Origin: Candidatus Heimdallarchaeota archaeon
GTDB lineage: Archaea > Asgardarchaeota > Heimdallarchaeia > Hodarchaeales > Hodarchaeaceae
Length of the DNA: 64,000 nucleotides
Reading direction: 5' to 3'
NCBI GenBank assembly: GCA_011364965.1
Contig: RDOB01000004.1
Span: 64,001 to 128,000 of the forward strand
The position numbers and the translations under genes are program-made. A model generated the notes under the pieces. That model was not told the DNA's origin. It saw only the letters and a program-made list of their open reading frames with translations, and made no database searches. Shown here piece by piece: positions 59,825 through 64,000 of the stretch (position 1 is the first letter of the stretch; every line of letters begins with the position of its first letter).

Positions 59825-60505
59825 CTACCATATTTTAGGTATTAAACGATATGGTACCTTTTTTATATAGTCAATATAGCCTATAAGCTCTTTTTTCAAC
59901 ATTTTTTCTTCATTCTGTATCCGAAATACTAGGAAAAAGGGGATAAATGGAGCTAATACAAGTGATACCAAAGAACCAAGCGCAATTGGTGTGCTAAATG
60001 CCAGAAGTATAAAACTTACATACATTGGATGACGTACGTGTTTATACGGTCCAGTCATTATCACAACCTGATCTTCATGAGTCATTAATCCTTTTGACGC
60101 GAATGAATTCATTTTCATTACCCAAAAATTAAGGAGATAGGTAATCACGAGACCTGAAAAGCCAAATATTTTAATAATATTCGGTAATTGCGTCCATTGA
60201 AATTGATAATCAAATCCGGGAAGTATCATCACTAACAAGAAGAAAAATCCAAATATAATCAGGGCTGTATTTTCCATTTTACTCGATGAGAGTTTTCTCC
60301 GTTTTTTAAGTGTTGCAGGATCTTTGATAATGAAATAAAAAGTCATGAGGATATAGTACACAACTAATATTAAGATATAAATCCATCCCTCCATCCAATT
60401 CACTGTTCCTGCTGGAATAAATAGCAGAGCTCCCATAAATAAGATCAAAAATGGAATAGCAAGACTATATCTAATCATTTGAATTATAATGGTAAATTTT
60501 GACAT
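59825..60505 (-). CDS. ICMT/PEMT-family membrane methyltransferase
   Basis: TM helices, GPYKHVRHPMY, RIQNEEKML, YRLIPKIW. Confidence 0.88.
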   Translation of the reverse strand: MSKFTIIIQMIRYSLAIPFLILFMGALLFIPAGTVNWMEGWIYILILVVYYILMTFYFIIKDPATLKKRRKLSSSKMENTALIIFGFFFLLVMILPGFDYQFQWTQLPNIIKIFGFSGLVITYLLNFWVMKMNSFASKGLMTHEDQVVIMTGPYKHVRHPMYVSFILLAFSTPIALGSLVSLVLAPFIPFFLVFRIQNEEKMLKKELIGYIDYIKKVPYRLIPKIW

Positions 60506-60620
60506 TTTTATCCTAATATTTATCTTGCTTATTTTAAGTTATAAGCCCTTACTAGAATTATTAAAGGTCAATTAGAATTTTGTGAACACCTCATCTTCCC
60601 CGAAAGCCCTTAAGAGTGCT

Positions 60621-62981
60621 TTATCCACACTTTGAATAGCCGCAAACCCGACAGAGACTACAACCTTCGCTATACTCTAGAATATTCCCACACTCAGGAC
60701 ATTCGGGTCGTTGGCCGGTTTCTATCCCTTTTGAGATATTGGTGATATGGAGGGAATCATCTTCAGTGGAAAGTTCTTTTTTAGTGACTTGGGAGGTTTC
60801 AGAGAATTTGAATTCTGATCCATTGTCACTATATTCTTTAAGAAAATGATCAATTGTTTTGGCTACGGCATCCGCGCACGATAGAATTGGGCCCTCGGAA
60901 CTGAAGGTTGGAGATGGACACCGAATGGATCTTAATTGAATGATAATTTCTTCAGGATCGATTCGACTTCGTAACGCGAGTGAGATTAATCGACCGAGTG
61001 ATTCTACATGAGATGCGACACATCCTCCTGATTTCCCAAGGGAAAGGAAGACTTCGGTTAAGCCTTCGTCATCTTCATTTATCGTGACAAATAAATTAGT
61101 TCCACACCCAACGCGGATTCGTTGAGTAATTCCCCGGGTAACATCAGGACGATAGCGAGGTTTTTTCGTAACCTGCTTCTCTTCGATTGTCTCGACCTTC
61201 GTCCCTTTGGAGTCTTTTGTACCAGTTTTGGACAATACATCATAGGATCGGGAGCCTGATCGATAGACCGTAATGCCTTTACACCCTAGTTCATATGCTA
61301 ATAGATAAGCTTGTTTGATATCTTCCTGAGTAGCAGTTTCTGGAAAATTTATTGTTTTGGAGACTGCATTGTCGACTCCTGAGGTTTGGAATGCTGCTTG
61401 CATTTTTACATGAGCTGCAGGGGTGATATCATGAGCGGTCGCAAATATACGCTTGATTTCTGCAGGTATTGTGTCAATCTTTTTCAAAGACCCCTGTTTG
61501 GCAACTTCCGCCATTAATTCAGATGAATAAAAGCCCTCATGTTTCGCTATCTCAACGAAATACGGATTTCCTTCAACAAGGATATCGTCATCTAATACAC
61601 GTCGCTCATAGGTCAGCATAAATAATGGTTCGATCCCACTCGAACAACTCGCGATAATTGAGAGACTTCCTGTAGGTGCGATAGTGGTGAGGGTCGCATT
61701 TCGCAACATTGAGTATTTTTCGCGAAAGATACTTCGGTTGAAATTTGGAAATGAACCCCGCTCCTCTGCTAATGTTTGAGACGCCTGTAGCGCAGAAGTA
61801 TGAATGAATCTCATAACTCGTCTAGCTACCTCCAAACCTTCCTCGGAATCATAGGGAACTCTCAGTTTGATCAGCATATCAGCAAATCCCATGACTCCAA
61901 GACCAATTTTACGATTCTCACGAGTAGTTTCAGCGATCTCGGGTAACGGAAAGGAAGAAACATCAATGACATTATCAAGAAATCTAACGGCTAATTTCAC
62001 CGTTTTTTCGAGTTTTCCATAATCGATGTGATATTTCAAAGGATTCGTAGAATCTTGATTAAGCATTCGGGTTAAATTGATAGACCCAAGATTACACGAG
62101 CCATAGGGGAGTAAAGGTTGCTCTCCGCAAGGGTTAGTTGCCTCAATGGCTCCTATTTCTGGAATAGGGTTTGTAGCATTAATCCGATCGAGAAAGATGA
62201 TGCCAGGTTCTCCATTTTTATGTGCCATAGCTACAATTTCTTCAAAAACCTCTTTAGCTTTGAGTTGCCCGACTTCCTCCTGATTTCGAGGATTGATCAA
62301 AGGATAATTATGATCATTAATGACAGCTTTCATAAAATCCTCCGTTAAACCCACAGAAATATTGAAATTGTTAAGAACGGTCAAATCTTCTTTACAATGG
62401 ATAAATTTCATGATATCGGGGTGATCAACCTTCAAAATCCCCATATTCGCTCCCCTGCGCCGTCCTCCTTGCTTAATTATTTCTGTAGCACTATTAAAGA
62501 CTGTCATGAATGAAATAGGCCCACTTGCTACCCCTCCAGTGGTTTGAACCTTATCATTAATAGGACGCAAGCGTGAAAAAGAAAATCCTGTCCCTCCACC
62601 AGTTTTGTGAATAATGGCAGCGTTTTTAACTGCTCTGAAGATGGAATCCATATCATCTTCCACTGGTAAGACAAAGCAAGCTGAAAGCTGGTTGATTGGA
62701 GTACCTGCATTCATTAAAGTGGGGGAATTAGGTAGAAATTCGAGATTAGCCATTATATTATAGAAGAGAGTCTCATATTTTCTAGGATCTCCGCCATATC
62801 GTGATTCATTTTCTGCAATTGAGCGCGCCACACGTTTGAAAAGCTGTATAGATGTTTCAATCAACTCCCCTCGTTCATTCCGCAATAAATAACGCTTTTC
62901 AAGCACAATTTTGGCATTTGGAGTTAATTGTGGAGTAACGAGTGCTATCGCAGATTCTTGCTTATCGAGCATAGATTTCAC
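60621..62981 (-). CDS. nrdJ: Adenosylcobalamin-dependent ribonucleotide reductase (class II)
   Basis: PNSPTLMNAG, LSACFV, GGRRRGANM, NPCGEQ, IAPTG, TSCPD-like domain and terminal zinc ribbon. Confidence 0.96.
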   Translation of the reverse strand: MKSMLDKQESAIALVTPQLTPNAKIVLEKRYLLRNERGELIETSIQLFKRVARSIAENESRYGGDPRKYETLFYNIMANLEFLPNSPTLMNAGTPINQLSACFVLPVEDDMDSIFRAVKNAAIIHKTGGGTGFSFSRLRPINDKVQTTGGVASGPISFMTVFNSATEIIKQGGRRRGANMGILKVDHPDIMKFIHCKEDLTVLNNFNISVGLTEDFMKAVINDHNYPLINPRNQEEVGQLKAKEVFEEIVAMAHKNGEPGIIFLDRINATNPIPEIGAIEATNPCGEQPLLPYGSCNLGSINLTRMLNQDSTNPLKYHIDYGKLEKTVKLAVRFLDNVIDVSSFPLPEIAETTRENRKIGLGVMGFADMLIKLRVPYDSEEGLEVARRVMRFIHTSALQASQTLAEERGSFPNFNRSIFREKYSMLRNATLTTIAPTGSLSIIASCSSGIEPLFMLTYERRVLDDDILVEGNPYFVEIAKHEGFYSSELMAEVAKQGSLKKIDTIPAEIKRIFATAHDITPAAHVKMQAAFQTSGVDNAVSKTINFPETATQEDIKQAYLLAYELGCKGITVYRSGSRSYDVLSKTGTKDSKGTKVETIEEKQVTKKPRYRPDVTRGITQRIRVGCGTNLFVTINEDDEGLTEVFLSLGKSGGCVASHVESLGRLISLALRSRIDPEEIIIQLRSIRCPSPTFSSEGPILSCADAVAKTIDHFLKEYSDNGSEFKFSETSQVTKKELSTEDDSLHITNISKGIETGQRPECPECGNILEYSEGCSLCRVCGYSKCG

Positions 62982-63726
62982 TGATTTTCCTTACTGTCAG
63001 CTCAATGGGATTGCTGATTCAATTCTATGTAAATGAGTCTGTTTTGTTATTCAATTGGAGATTTTCATATAAGGACACGAATTAGAAATTGAATCCTGAC
63101 AATTTTCATCCCGCTTGGCATCACAATATAGATTCAAATGATAATTTATTAAATTAGTTCTTTCATTCAATTTGTCGGTTCATCATTTTAAATAAAGGAT
63201 TTTCTGTAGATTTTTCAAGTCATCATCTGAGGAGGAATTCTGGAATTCACTCGAAATTTAGGGGAAAATCAAAGAATCGTAAGAGGAATGACCGAGTGTT
63301 CTTCTAGACATTGATTTTTAGATTATTAGAGAAAGAATCAATCGATGATGATAAATTCTATTCGAATATATCAGAGCATTTGTGTTTTCGAGAAGTTTAT
63401 TAAGGGTACCAAGCACAGAATACCCATCCTCCTAGCTTTGTCTTTTTCATATTAAATGAATTAATAAATTGTATAGCCCTTAAATTTTCTATTGGTAGTC
63501 TAGTTTTCATCAGATTATTGATCTCATCAGAACACAGATTGAAAAAAAGCTTCTTATATCTATTGTAGTAATTCCCAGCAGTGAGGTTGTCCCTTTCCTG
63601 TCTTGATTGATGAGATTTTTGTATATTACCGTTGTATCACGAGCGTAATATCCCAGAATTACTGTAGATTATAACCCCCCATAATATTGAGTATCCTAAT
63701 CACCTAAAAATTGAGGTTCATTCCCT

Positions 63727-63921
63727 ATGATGAAGTTAATAACCGTGCATCTCCCAAATGATCAAGTTTCTGGTTTAGATGAGCTCGTTCGAACTGGTAG
63801 ATATCCTAACCGAAGTGAAGCTATTCGTTTTGCTATCCGTGACATGCTCAAAGATGAACTTTGGAATTTAAGAGGTACCTCCTATCTTCCTCAAGCATCT
63901 GCAGCACGAGATAGCTACTAA
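63727..63921 (+). CDS. Ribbon-helix-helix regulator, CdrS-like
   Basis: ITVHLP...LDELV..G.YPNRSEAIRFAIRDML; GAGGT upstream. Confidence 0.85.
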   Translation: MMKLITVHLPNDQVSGLDELVRTGRYPNRSEAIRFAIRDMLKDELWNLRGTSYLPQASAARDSY

Positions 63922-63923
63922 TC

Positions 63924-63942
63924 TTTTTTTTTACCTTTTTTT
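63924..63942 (+). terminator. Oligo-T terminator
   Basis: T9-ACC-T7 directly after the stop. Confidence 0.55.
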
Positions 63943-64000
63943 CCTTTCTATTCCTTATTAAGACCCCAAATTTTTACAGAACACCAGAATTTCTTGTCTT

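Noticed and set aside
59825-60505. ICMT as evidence for eukaryote-like CaaX prenylation of the small GTPase
   Set aside because: The family is widespread in prokaryotes, the GTPase has no C-terminal Cys, and no prenyltransferase is in the window
1-64000. CRISPR arrays, tRNA/rRNA genes, transposases, integrases, inteins, Sec/Pyl read-through
   Set aside because: No repeat-spacer periodicity, tRNA-like or rRNA-like segment, mobile-element motif or stop-interrupted conserved gene was seen by eye; nrdJ is of normal length. A tRNAscan/Infernal run would be needed to exclude small RNAs

Overview
AT-rich archaeal chromosomal window with no rRNA, tRNA, CRISPR array or mobile element that I could support. 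Archaeal markers (TFE, the archaeosine enzymes TgtA/ArcS/RaSEA, archaeal-type GGPP synthase, a CdrS-like RHH protein) occur together with eukaryote-like proteins (a tail-anchored Q-SNARE-like protein, roadblock and longin-like domains, an arrestin-fold protein, a small GTPase). This points to an Asgard archaeon, probably Heimdallarchaeia/Hodarchaeales (inference). Housekeeping content includes a regulator-grpE-dnaK-dnaJ operon, split histidine-utilisation genes, a peptide ABC transporter, class II RNR, MgtA and a CPA1 antiporter. The most notable candidates are: (1) a degenerate FtsZ/tubulin-fold protein fused to a longin-like domain; (2) a receptor-like membrane protein with a cytoplasmic HEPN (RxxxxH) domain; (3) a C1orf109/AIRIM-like protein; (4) a Q-SNARE with all 16 layers in register; (5) an operon coupling a membrane-anchored ChlD-like AAA+/vWA protein to an arrestin-fold protein; (6) a heat-shock control region with a perfect 22-bp palindrome, an RBS hairpin, a probable CUG start for dnaJ and a DnaK-tail mimic in GrpE. 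All family assignments come from reading motifs by eye; no searches were run.
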